A stretch of DNA of 59,151 nucleotides, counting the filler, from Ionaspis alba (lineage: Eukaryota), in assembly GCA_964255285.1 (NCBI GenBank). It is 6 parts of 6 records of this genome, joined end to end, with 100 filler letters (N's around TTAATTAATTAA, not from the genome) between each part and the next. Parts side by side here need not be neighbours in the genome. Positions count along the whole stretch, not along the records: positions 39,562 to 49,309 come from CAXUUL010000647.1; positions 49,410 to 59,151 come from CAXUUL010000648.1; 4 more parts are not named here. One strand, given 5' to 3'. The notes below the pieces were generated by a model. It saw only the letters and a list, made by a program, of their open reading frames with translations. It was not told the origin of the DNA and did not search any database. Positions 48,462-59,151 of the stretch are shown here, piece by piece (within the stretch, counting starts at the first letter, position 1; every line of letters begins with the position of its first letter). A program made the position numbers and the translations under genes.

Positions 48462-48954
48462 ATGGGTAAGGAGAATACACCAGATAATCCGTTAAGAAAG
48501 ACAGAGAACAACGCTAGTATAGTGTTTGAAGAGGATGATGAGCCGGATGACTGGTCCGATGTCCTCTACAGGCAGCAGGAGCAAAAGCTGACTCGTTCAT
48601 CAGGGACAAAAGGATCTTCAGTACTGGATGTTCGAGTGAGTAGATCCCTTACTTAGTCGATTTCTCTTGCTGAAGAGCACCGGTATTGCAGGTGAGCAAA
48701 CCAAAATGAATGACTGTTACTTCGAGAGGAAGGATTGGAGGAGCTGCAGTAAAGAGGTAAGGTTTTGTTGAGGCAAGCACCGTCAACTTTTCTTAGTCTA
48801 CATGCTCGGTATAAGCCGGCACAATCATGCCTGTTCGACCGTTTCTCTCTCCGCGTAAGATCAAACAGCTGACGCTGAAGCTTAGATGGAGGCTTTCCGA
48901 GAGTGCTGGAAGAGGAAGGGCAATGACCAGAGGACGGCTACAAAGGACGCTTGA
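48462..48954 (+). CDS. COA4: Twin-Cx9C cytochrome c oxidase assembly factor Coa4
   Basis: Four exons give DDEPDDWDKRIFSTGC..QTKMNDCYFERKDWRSCSKEMEAFRECWKRKGNDQRT, matching the Coa4 pattern. Confidence 0.88.
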
Positions 48955-49198
48955 GGATTACTACTCCCGAAGCTTCAGCGCAATTCCGATCGAGGACGAA
49001 CATCTGTCACAAGATCTAAAGTGATTTACAATAGCTGTAACTAGACGACCACCATATCAAAAACTATTCGTATTCAGAGACAAAGTAGTGGAGACTCGAG
49101 GCAGTTGCACGAAGCGCCACCTGATTGGCTTGCATTCAGCCCTATCGCTGAGCGCCTCATCTGGTTCGCGACTTTCTGAAAGCACCATTATTGTCACC

Positions 49199-49309
49199 AT
49201 GGCTACCCTGACCTTCCAGCGGGCCACATGGTGCCTCCAGATCTCAAGAACTTCCCGTACCTTCGCCGTTTCCTTCACAACCGCTCTCCCTCGAAGACAT
49301 AGACCGCAC
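49199..49309 (+). CDS. Possible 5' start of a mitochondrial protein, truncated at scaffold end
   Basis: CACCATGG context; MATLTFQRATWCLQISRTSRTFAVSF is R/S/T-rich and lacks acidic residues. Confidence 0.35.
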
Positions 49310-49409
49310 NNNNNNNNNNNNNNNNNNNNNNNNNNNNNNNNNNNNNNNNNNNNTTAATTAATTAANNNNNNNNNNNNNNNNNNNNNNNNNNNNNNNNNNN
49401 NNNNNNNNN
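49310..49409. other. Artificial scaffold linker N44-TTAATTAATTAA-N44
   Basis: Identical structure to the other linkers. Confidence 0.98.
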
Positions 49410-49773
49410 AAAAGTTGGACATTGTGGAAGCTGCCACAGCAGCTGCTCCCGAGACTGAATGGCGACTTAATTGAGAAGGGGAAAGTCGTTGAATATAGAG
49501 CTGGGTTTATTGGCAGATAACGCGCTGCTACGCGATGCCCTTAGCGTGCCTATCACTAATTTTGTCCCATTCAGCTTAGCTTCCACGTGCAACGTCAGGC
49601 GCTAGACATCCTGCAGACATTGGATAACATCGAAGTTGTTTCTGCAGATGAATATGCGCAACATTCAGGTCCAGTCCCTCCCGAATCTAGCCAGCTCTGA
49701 AGCGTTCCCCAGTCTCTGAGCTTGCTCAGTACTACGCAGTCACCAATGCATCACTCATGAGTCTCACCGGAAC

Positions 49774-50822
49774 ATGAACTATGATGCCTCATCCTTCACC
49801 TCAGATACCCCTCCGGACGACGGCCTCGACGCCAATGTCCGGGATGCGGCGGTGGAGGCCGGACCGTCGCCCTCGCAAGATGAACAACGAAACGACGTTC
49901 GAAGACGGCAGACGAAGAGATTGAAGCTCCTCGACGACTTGGTCAGAAGTCTTGATATCGCAGTCTATGCTGAGCTTTCTGTGCTCTACTATATGGAGTA
50001 CACCTCGCGCTATCCTCTTATTTGGCAGCATCCAAAGTAACTCGTTACAGCCCCTCACTTCTGCGGTTTTTTCTCCGGGCCATACCTCAATTCTTTTACT
50101 TCACACCACAACCGGCTGGCTTCCCGCCATCGCCCTTTAGCGCACCCTACATTGGCGTCATCTTCCTGACGAATATGATTTGTCTCCTAGTCCACATCTT
50201 CTCTGCTGCTCCCGAAGCAGGAGAAGCCATGCGCGGCTACCTACATGGCGGGTTATTCGTTGACTTCGTCGGTGAGAAAGGGCCAATCTCGAAGACACGG
50301 CTGGTGCTCCTCGATCTCCTGACGGTGACCATACAGCTGATCCTACTGGCCGTTGTGATGAATCGAAGGGACTTGACAAAGGTGATGAGCAGGAACTTGA
50401 CGCAAGGATATGGCTCAACGGCGACGCCAATGCAGGATCTTGACTCGGAAGAACAAGGCCTCCACGCGGTCGAAGAGACACCTTTAGGAGAGATAGAAAT
50501 GCAGCCACTACGGTCACGATCCACTAATATTGGGGATGAAAATGATAGAGAAGCAGATGGCTCATTGAACTCATCAAACGCCTTCCAGCAGCGCGCGACA
50601 GACGAGCATCCCCTCAACACCTACGACGGCGGGCAGCGAGTCATCGCAAATTTGCACATACTTGAATCAATCCGTATATCCTGGCGACAGCGTTACGATC
50701 AATTCTCGATGGCACCGAACTCTACTTCTTCTTTCACGGCTCGCGTGCCCGGTGGGATGCGCGTGCGTTACAGCGTTGGCCGGCCCGCTCGGGGGAGATC
50801 GGCTACTTTGAATGATGCATAG
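49774..50822 (+). CDS. DUF1746 membrane protein (Dsc4/Vld1-like subunit of the Dsc E3 ligase complex)
   Basis: Exons about 49774-49997 and 50051-50822. LYYMD..LRFFLRAI.QF, EAGEAMRGYLHGGLFVDFVGEKGP and QDLDSEEQG. Confidence 0.82.
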
Positions 50823-51219
50823 TGAGAGGTTCGAAAGCTGATACCCGGCGTTGGGGCTGAGAATAAATGTACTCGTCTTTTGAGTGGCGTCATTGTACAG
50901 TGGGGCGCAGTGTATATCATCGAGCTTGGAGGGATTGAATATACACGTTGATGTCTTCTCCAGCATACAAAAGTGTAACTGTCTGTCCGCGCATACCAAC
51001 TCCGTACGTAGACTGCGATCAGCTCATGATTTGCTTGTCTACGTTGTCTAAATCTAGAAATTATCGTGATCTTCGTGTAAGATGCATGCAATCAATCCCG
51101 ACCCCAAACCGAATTATACCAATGCAGAGGTTACACTTAATACCCATATTTCCCATCTATGCGATTCATGATTCAGCCGCGAGCTCAGCTGTCACCATCA
51201 AACCCTGTTGCAACTCTCC

Positions 51220-53101
51220 TCACGCTGCACCTTCTCTTCTTTCAGCTTTTGCTGTCAACGCAGGTACCCCGGGTTTCATCGCGCCAACTTTTGGTGGTAA
51301 GACGAGCAAACTACCATCATTTCTCTTCCAGAAATCCACCAGCACCATCGCGGTCTTAGCCGGCTGGTCTTCATGGATGAAATGTCCAGCGTCCGGGAAG
51401 ACTTGGAGCTGGTATTTCCCTGTGATACCGAAGATTAGTACGACTCCTCGCTACACAGGTAGACAGCTCATGAGGGACAAGTAGATTGGTGGTATGGTGG
51501 TGAAAGCGGCGTAAGCATATCGGTAGAGCTCACCTTGCATCTGACCGACCATAAGCTCTGTATCCAACCTATCTGTTCCCGCAAGCAAAAGCAATTTTCC
51601 GCCTCGTGCTGACAGGAATTTGCTGCTTAGCCCGACGAACCAGCCGTGCCAGAAGGGTTGGGTGGCGGCGAGATCGGTGCGCCAAGTGTAGGATGCTGGA
51701 GCGTTCCCTGCTTTTACTCGAGGTTCGGATGGATTTAACGCAGAGTTGGGGGCTGGGATGGCGGACGCCGTTGGAAACTCGGACGAGGGATTGGCAACGG
51801 GAGAATAGGTGGAGGGGGTAGGGTACAGGAGGGATGGAACGGAGACACGAGCAGAGGCTGCGCTGCGGATGGTTCGCGAACGAATGCTATCTTTCCATCA
51901 GCTTTGCTACAGGTGTCTGTACTGAGCAGGTAGATAGTAGACGAGGACTAGCTCGAGACAGTGAAGGAAAGAGATTTCGAAAGGCACGAAAGGATGGGGA
52001 ACGAGGACAAGTGGAAGAAGAACATACTGCCAATCAATCCCTGCCTCCACTGACGGAAACGTCTTAGGCCTTGTTGAGAGGTACGACTGCATACTCTGCA
52101 GAGCATCGATCGCGGAACCCTCAACGACATCTAGCACTGCATAGGCCAGCACTTTACTCCCCAGCTTAGCACCCTTCGCGACTTCAACCACCACCGCACC
52201 GCCCAGACTATGTCCCACAAGTACCATACCCGGCAGCTCCTTCCACTCCGTCCTAGCTTGGACTAGCAGAACCATCTCCACTAGATCTTCCGCCAAAGTC
52301 TCCAAGCTCAAATCGAGTTCCTCAACCTTTCCCATCCTATCCCCGCTCTTGGAGCCGAGCTTCCGGACCACACTTCCTCCATGACCTCTCGCATCCACAG
52401 CCAGTACACCCGCTTCGGGCACTAGTTTCCGGATCTCGGACGCACATACTGCGAAGGAAAGACCGGAGGAACCGGCTCCGTGATGCGTGACAAACAGAGG
52501 TCCTTTGGGTCCGGGTGGTGTGAGGTAGACGTGGTGCGTTATCTCAGCAATAGTGGTTTGGCGGGAGAGATAGAGCTCTTGGGCGAAGTAGGGATGCCAG
52601 GGGAGGGGCGAGAGAGCGGAGTGGCGAGATGGTGGAGGTCTGGTACGGGAAGTGTCAGGTGGTGTTGTAGAGTCATGAGGGTAGTTATGTGAGAAATAGA
52701 CGCGAAATTTTGATCTTGAGTCTTAGAGCATCGAAATTCAAAAGTATAGCAACGTCGTTTGAAATAGCATAGGTTCACAGAATGGACGAAAATCAGATTC
52801 GTGATGAAATGCATCTCATGGATGAACTAGAAAGGAAAACAAACCCTCTAGCCCCAGCGAACAGCCTTTTCCTCGGCTCTGGCTTGATCGTCCCCGTCGA
52901 CGATGCCGATGAAGCGGACGATGCGGAGGACGAGTCATCTTCCGGACCAGGTTCCTGAAGCGGGCTCGGCGAGGGCGGGGGGCGTAGTTCGTCATCTTCT
53001 ATTTCCTCTGCTTCAACTTCTTCGGCTTCGTCAAATTCGGGGCCGGCGCCGGGAGGAAGTGGGGGCTCAAAGGGCAGGCCGGCGAGTTTCGACTTGGCGA
53101 A
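51220..53101 (-). CDS. PPE1: Protein phosphatase methylesterase 1 (PME-1); start codon lies in the N gap
   Basis: [28 protein letters not shown] (catalytic Ser), [44 protein letters not shown] and GHFIHED. Confidence 0.95.
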
Positions 53102-53201
53102 NNNNNNNNNNNNNNNNNNNNNNNNNNNNNNNNNNNNNNNNNNNNNNNNNNNNNNNNNNNNNNNNNNNNNNNNNNNNNNNNNNNNNNNNNNNNNNNNNNN
53201 N
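53102..53201. other. Intra-scaffold assembly gap (100 N)
   Basis: 100 consecutive N. Confidence 0.99.
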
Positions 53202-56200
53202 TTTTGCTCCTCTTCCATTGTCTCTTAGATGGTCCGCCGCCGTTGGCGCAGAGTAATCAGATTCTGTCCACAGCCTAGAACTAGTTATCCTTATGTCTAG
53301 CAGCACTAAAATCAACAGATAAGCCATATCTGCAAGATTGTATGTGCGAGGTCAGCTCTCGATGCATGAAAGTGCACGGCTGCTGCGTTCACTGGAAGTG
53401 GTTGCTGCGGCTAGATAGGCGCGTATATCCTATCTTTTGCTGAGATCTGCACGATACGCACTCTAGAAAAAAAACCTGAAGTCTGCATTGGAACAAATCC
53501 TATTCGGGAAGCTAAAGTATGTAGTGTTTGACAAGTGCCGAGTTCTTGAATCCTACCAGCAGGGCGAGTTCAGATCAATAGCTTCAATTGATGGGAAGAA
53601 TCGCACAAAGGCCAGAGAGACTGTGCATGTGTTCTTCGATGAATAGCAACTCCCACTGCTTGTTGATGATTCGTATTAAATATACGGCACCGCTGTCGAT
53701 TGTAAAGGTCAAGATGCAGTGGCTTAGGCAGCAGAGAGTGAAATATAGTCTCCAAGTAGACTTAAAGCACAAGGCATGATTGACAAATACGAGGCTCTAT
53801 ACAAGGACAAGGCAAGCTGTATGGATTTAGTAGACAGGCGGAGATCCAGCCGATAGCACAGAAAGGAAGGAGAGAACACCCTCCGCTCCATCTTGGCAGC
53901 GGCAGGAAAGGGGCAGATGAAGTAGATGATTCGATCCCCCGGGATTGAAAACGTGCCGTTGTTTTAAGGTTGCCGGCGATTCAGCTCCATTCGGATTAGA
54001 GCGATCGTGGTGATCCCTGCACGTCAAGCCCTAGGCACCTGTGGCACCGTCTGCAACCGAACACCCTCGGCTGGGCCACTGCAGCTCGCCCCTGTCTAAT
54101 TTCGATCGAGTGGTGGAACTTGTCTCGCCGCTGGGGTTCCACCTACATGAAAACAACCTTGCACGACGAGAAGGATGTCGATGCTAACGGCATCTGAGCC
54201 GGATGGGCAGCGTATCCAATCAGGCCTAGCAGGTCGTAGATGCATATAACGTTCGAGTTCTTGCTCATTAGTAGATCGTTAGGAACTAGCGCGCAATAAC
54301 ATCGAAGACGTGAACACTCTTTGCGAAGATCGGATAGGCTCTGCCGGCTCAGACTGCCATCTGGCGTCGGTATCAAGGATGCGTTAGCGCTCACCACATC
54401 ACGGGCTGATCTTTGGATATCCCGCCTGTCCTCGGCTCACGCGGAGCAAGCTTTGTCGGCCGAGAAAATGTCACTCCTAGCATGTATCGCTAAATATCCC
54501 AATCGGTGGTTCCTCACCATCAGAGATCGACCAACACCAAACTCCGGCCAGTGTACCCCAGGTTGCTATTTTGATCGTGACGAGTTACATACGAGAATCA
54601 AAGACAAAAACCAACAAAGATCAGCAGGATCATCACTAACAACACGGGAGGAGCACGAGGTTACAAAGCTACTATAGACGAAGGAGCTTTGTGCACCGGA
54701 GGATACGTTGAAGTTGATCATCATGGGTAACAACCGACTGGTATGGTAGTTTGCACCTCCGACATTCTGTCATCCTTCACCTTAGATGTTGCCTTGTCAG
54801 AAATATGTGTGCAAGTCGGTCGTTTGTCGTCCTTACTGCCACTGTGATATAAGGAATCAAGAGCTAGATTATCAAGGGGCGGAAATGAACAGGCTGTGAG
54901 TACTAGGAATCAGAAGTCGGATAGTAGATGACAAGGCGTGTTACTAGATCAGGCTCGAAGTCAAGTTAGAGATGATTGCTGCTGGTGTTGCTCGAAGGAA
55001 GCCAGACAGAACATGGCCTCATGATGCCGGGAACGGACGAAATAGTTCCTGTGATTGAGGCAGTGTCACGTCGTTGTTGCGGCGTGTAGAAATTGATGTA
55101 CCGATTCGGAAGGAGTACAGACAGCCGAGTAATAATCACCTTAACCAGGGTCTCCATATATGTTCTTGAGACACGGCAAATATGGCATCCTGAATTGATC
55201 CAAGAAACCTTGGGGACAACAAAAGAAGCAGTGCAGAGGGGGAAAACACAATACCATCTGAAGTCGTCGTAGATTGAGCCTGTACACACTAATGACGCTT
55301 GAGAAGGATAGATGACAAATATGCATAGCTGTTGGGGTGTTCAAACTTGAGGTCAGGTTGGGTTAACATGATAGGACGGGTAGGGCCGATATCAAGTGCA
55401 TTCTTGAACACCATAGTTGAGATTGATCGAAGCGCAGACCAATATAGAAGGTGTGTAGATGTACCGCTCCGATAAAGGCATCATTGGGCTGCGGAGCTCT
55501 GCGATGAGAGAAGGCCAATCATCAGGCTTCTTCCAAGACCAATGCCGGGCCTAACGCTTGCACACATGCGAGGGGAACAAATGCAGGGCATATACGATTC
55601 CCAATCATCACGACGCTTGCTCCGAGCTGCGATACTCGGTGACGATTCCCAGATACAGAGATATTGAACGATGGTGGTACAATGTCTAAAGATGATACAA
55701 AGGAATATGAGCGTTGACAAGAACAATTAGGAATCGTAGGGGAGACTTACCGCCAGGAGACAACAAGCAGGGCTCGGTTACGGCAACTCACGTGGTTAGT
55801 CAGGTACATGAAACCACTAACCAACCAAATGGCTCGACTATGATTTGTGCCGAGTCAAGACTATCGACCTTGCCGCCCACACCGCTCGGGATAGCATGCC
55901 ACCCCCAGATCTTACGGATGATATGATGCTGTAAACGAGCTCCCTTAATGTCGCAGAACCCACAATGATCTCAGCACTTGTCCGTTTCCAGATGGAGAAA
56001 CCACCATTCTGCTTTCCCGCCATTGGTGCATTTCCTCCGTTCGTGCCGTCTGTTCTGTGTTTCCCGGCCGTCTATCTGGTCATATGCAACCCTGTGCTGG
56101 GAATACCAGACTAGCTCCGAGCTCTAGCATACCAGATGCTGGTAGCTAGACTAAGACTATACACCCTTACCAGCGTTTCTGCACCCCACACTGCAATGTG

Positions 56201-56387
56201 TGCAGACAAGATGATCATGAGGCACGGCCGTTGTTCCACTTCCCTCCCACATACTCCGAAGTTGTCTGCAGCTGCAGCATCACGCTCTTTTCTATATAGT
56301 CTTCGTTTCTATCCTGTCTTTTGCTAGCTATCCGCTCTTTATCTTGATCTTTCCCTAGTATCAAGGGCCTTTCATTCGTTCATCACA

Positions 56388-57859
56388 ATGAAGTCTTCTT
56401 TCGCTCTCTCTGCTGCACTGTTCGCTTCGGCAGCACTGGCTCAACAGGCACTTTACGGGCAGTGTATGTATATATATCGAGAGATTCGTTCCTCAAGACT
56501 GTCGGGTCTAATGATTATGCAGGTGGAGGTCAAGGATGGACGGGACCCACGACTTGTGTAGCAGGCTCGACTTGTCAATTCCAAAACCCCTGGTATTCAC
56601 AATGTCTTCCTGGATCAGGCACGTATCGTCATTCCTTCAACATGAACACCATCTCATTTCATATTAGCATCTCCACCTCCAGCAACTACTTTCCATACTT
56701 CGACCATTGCCAAGACCTCGACTACTCAACCAGCTAGTCCTGCAACTTCCACTCCAGCACCGCCTTCCAATCCTCCGTCTTCTGGTGGAGTCAAATACGC
56801 AGGCGTCAATATTGCAGGCTTCGACTTCGGTTGTGGAACGGATGGTACTTGTACTGTGTCTGGTGCATACCCACCGCTGAAGGAGTATTTTGGCGCCGAT
56901 GGGTCAGCAGTCTTCTACTTTTCATGTCACACCAAGCGCTGACTAATATAGCGCCGGACAAATGTCACACTTCGCCAAAGACGATGGAATGAACGCTTTC
57001 AGACTCCCGGTTGGATGGCAGTATTTAGTCAATGGTGTCCTTGGTGGTAACCTCGATACTGGCAACTTCGCCAAATACGACGCTCTTGTCAAAGCTTGCC
57101 TTGCTACTGGTGCACTCTGCATCATCGACATCCACAACTACGCTCGCTGGAACGGCGCGATCATCGGCCAGGGTGGACCGACCAATGACCAATTCGCCAG
57201 CTTGTGGAGCCAGATTGCCAACAAGTATGCCAGCAACCCCAAGGTCGCCTTTGGCCTCATGAACGAGCCGCACGACATTCCGGACATCAAAATTTGGGCA
57301 GGAAGTGCTCAGGCTGCTGTCACAGCTATCAGAAAGGCTGGCGCTACTTCTCAATTGATTCTCTTACCTGGCAACGGCTACACTTCAGCAGGATCATTCG
57401 TTTCTAGCGGTTCGCTCGATGCATTGAAGACGGTCAAGAACATTGATGGCTCGACGACGAATCTCATATTTGACGTCCACAAGTACCTCGATTCGGACAA
57501 CAGTGGGACAAACGCAGAGTGTGTCTCCAACCAGATCAGTGAAGCTTTTGCGCCCTTGGCTACTGCTCTCAAAGCTGCTGGTCGTCAAGCCATTGTTACT
57601 GAGACGGGAGGAGGGAATACGGCCTCTTGTGCTAAGTTTGTGTGCCAAGAGATTGCATTCTTGAAGTAAGTGTCATACTCGTGGGCTTAGCGATGGGACT
57701 AGCTAATAGATGTGAAGCTCCAACTCGGATGTCTACATTGGCTATACCGGGTGGGCTGCCGGAAACTTCGATACTGGCTATGTACTTTCGGAGACGCCGA
57801 CCAACAATGGTGGCACCTGGACCGACAAGCCTCTTGTGAGCTCTTGCTTGAAGCGATGA
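56388..57859 (+). CDS. Secreted endo-1,4-beta-glucanase, CBM1-linker-GH5 (GH5_5, Cel5A/EGII-like)
   Basis: Signal peptide [21 protein letters not shown]1 [35 protein letters not shown] linker; [47 protein letters not shown]; 4 introns. Confidence 0.96.
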
Positions 57860-59081
57860 GCGTGGGTTTAGGCGGTAACGTGGACTGTATCCATTCATTT
57901 CATTTTATTGTCTGTATTCAATATCTGGGTAAATTGTACGAGGGCGGCATGTGGTGGCGAGCATAATGATGGGTATCAGTGGCATACTGGAGTCTGGAAG
58001 GAGGAAGCTGAGGCCTGCATCAACGCAAGACACCGGTTGAGTTTCGTGTATATATGGTTCCTTTGGAAGTGGTACATCTTTGTGATTCTGGTACATGAAA
58101 GGTTCTTGATGTACATACTTCAACCACACATACCTGCCCCACTGCCAATGTTCGATGAAGCCACGTAGAAGTGCTTGCTCATCTTGTGATCAAAATTACC
58201 CACAAAACAATAGCTATAATGAGTGCACAAGAAGTCGGCCACACTCAGTCCATAGTTTAAATGCTTTATAGCATTTTTCCATGGCAATAATAAGAGTAAA
58301 ACGTACAGTGGTTAGATCTGTAGAATTCCATCGTATAGGTGTCACTTGGCCCAGAATTGTGGGTCACGGTCACCCATCCCGTGGTTCACCACTCGCCAAG
58401 CCCAGTCCAAACCCAAATCTACAGTCTTGAAACTCGCTTTGCCAAACCCTTATCTTATCTCCACCATCGAACCCAACGGTACCACTGATTTCGCAAAATG
58501 TTTCCCCGTCACTCATCGGACACGGACCGCAATGTCAGCACAGCACCCGTCTAATGCGCGGTAGCCAATCGAGGGAGCCGCGAAATAGCCTTTCTAGCGC
58601 AAAATAAACACTGCCAATGCGATACTCGCCTTGGATGTGCTCCATCCGTAGCCACCGAGTATCAAATTCAAAGCTCCACAGGTCATCAGCGCAGATCAAT
58701 TTTTGCGTGTGCTAAATCGCAGGCAGAGAGACTCGACAAGTATAAGTATCGAGTCCCCCATCCTCTCATTCAATTCCTCATCCACTCATCCTCAACAGCA
58801 CTGGTAAGACTCTCCTACCAATCCACCTTTCGCCTAGCACAACTAACCATTTTCATATCCATTGCACACTTTCCTCCCACTTCCCCTGCTCACTCGGCTC
58901 CTCGGAGCACTGGTAAGTTTCTCGAACCCACTCCTGTTCTCTTAGACACAACTAATCAATCTCTCTATCACTTCCAAACACCTTTCCCGTCCACCACAGC
59001 CCTTGGCTCCTGTCCACCTCTTCACACTTCTACTTGCACTTTCACTCTTCCCTCTTATCTTCTTCTTTACCTCCATCTTGT

Positions 59082-59151
59082 ACCTCCACCTCCACCTCCA
59101 CCTCGCACCTCCACCTCGCACCTCCACCTCGCACCTCCACCTCGCACCTCC
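59082..59151 (+). repeat. Tandem repeat of CACCTC / CACCTCCACCTCG at scaffold end
   Basis: About four copies of the 13-bp unit preceded by CACCTC hexamers. Confidence 0.9.

Noticed and set aside
27710..50822. Hypoxia module (globin, COA4, Dsc4-like)
   Set aside because: The genes are on three unrelated scaffolds; their co-occurrence results from size sorting.

Overview
Intron-rich eukaryotic DNA from a filamentous ascomycete (Pezizomycotina), judged by GT/GC-AG introns with CTRAY-type branch sites and typical fungal genes. The window is not one contiguous locus. It is six scaffolds of strictly decreasing length (9811, 9798, 9796, 9756, 9748, 9742 bp) joined by artificial 100-nt N44-TTAATTAATTAA-N44 linkers, with three plain 100-N gaps inside scaffolds. 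About 30 protein genes are supported. Recognisable ones are cyanase (CYN1), CNS1, HIS5, a J-domain protein, the cell-wall-integrity MAPKK (MKK1/2), a protoglobin-type globin with a C-terminal membrane anchor, a DHA2 MFS pump, a LicD phosphotransferase, LSC2, an ATG22-like transporter, BPL1, COA4, a DUF1746 protein, PPE1 and a CBM1-GH5 endoglucanase. There are also several hypothetical proteins and a pseudogene carrying a solo-LTR-like insertion. I found no tRNA/rRNA, CRISPR array, intact transposon or secondary-metabolite cluster, and no clear-cut new multi-gene system. The best leads are: the tail-anchored globin, a possibly dual-targeted cyanase, an excess of GCAC-type GC-AG introns (one in frame and splitting the kinase HRD motif), an in-frame exitron-like segment, a four-copy hairpin motif upstream of an orphan coiled-coil gene, and a spliceable-looking solo LTR. 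All gene models were derived by eye and no database searches were run.
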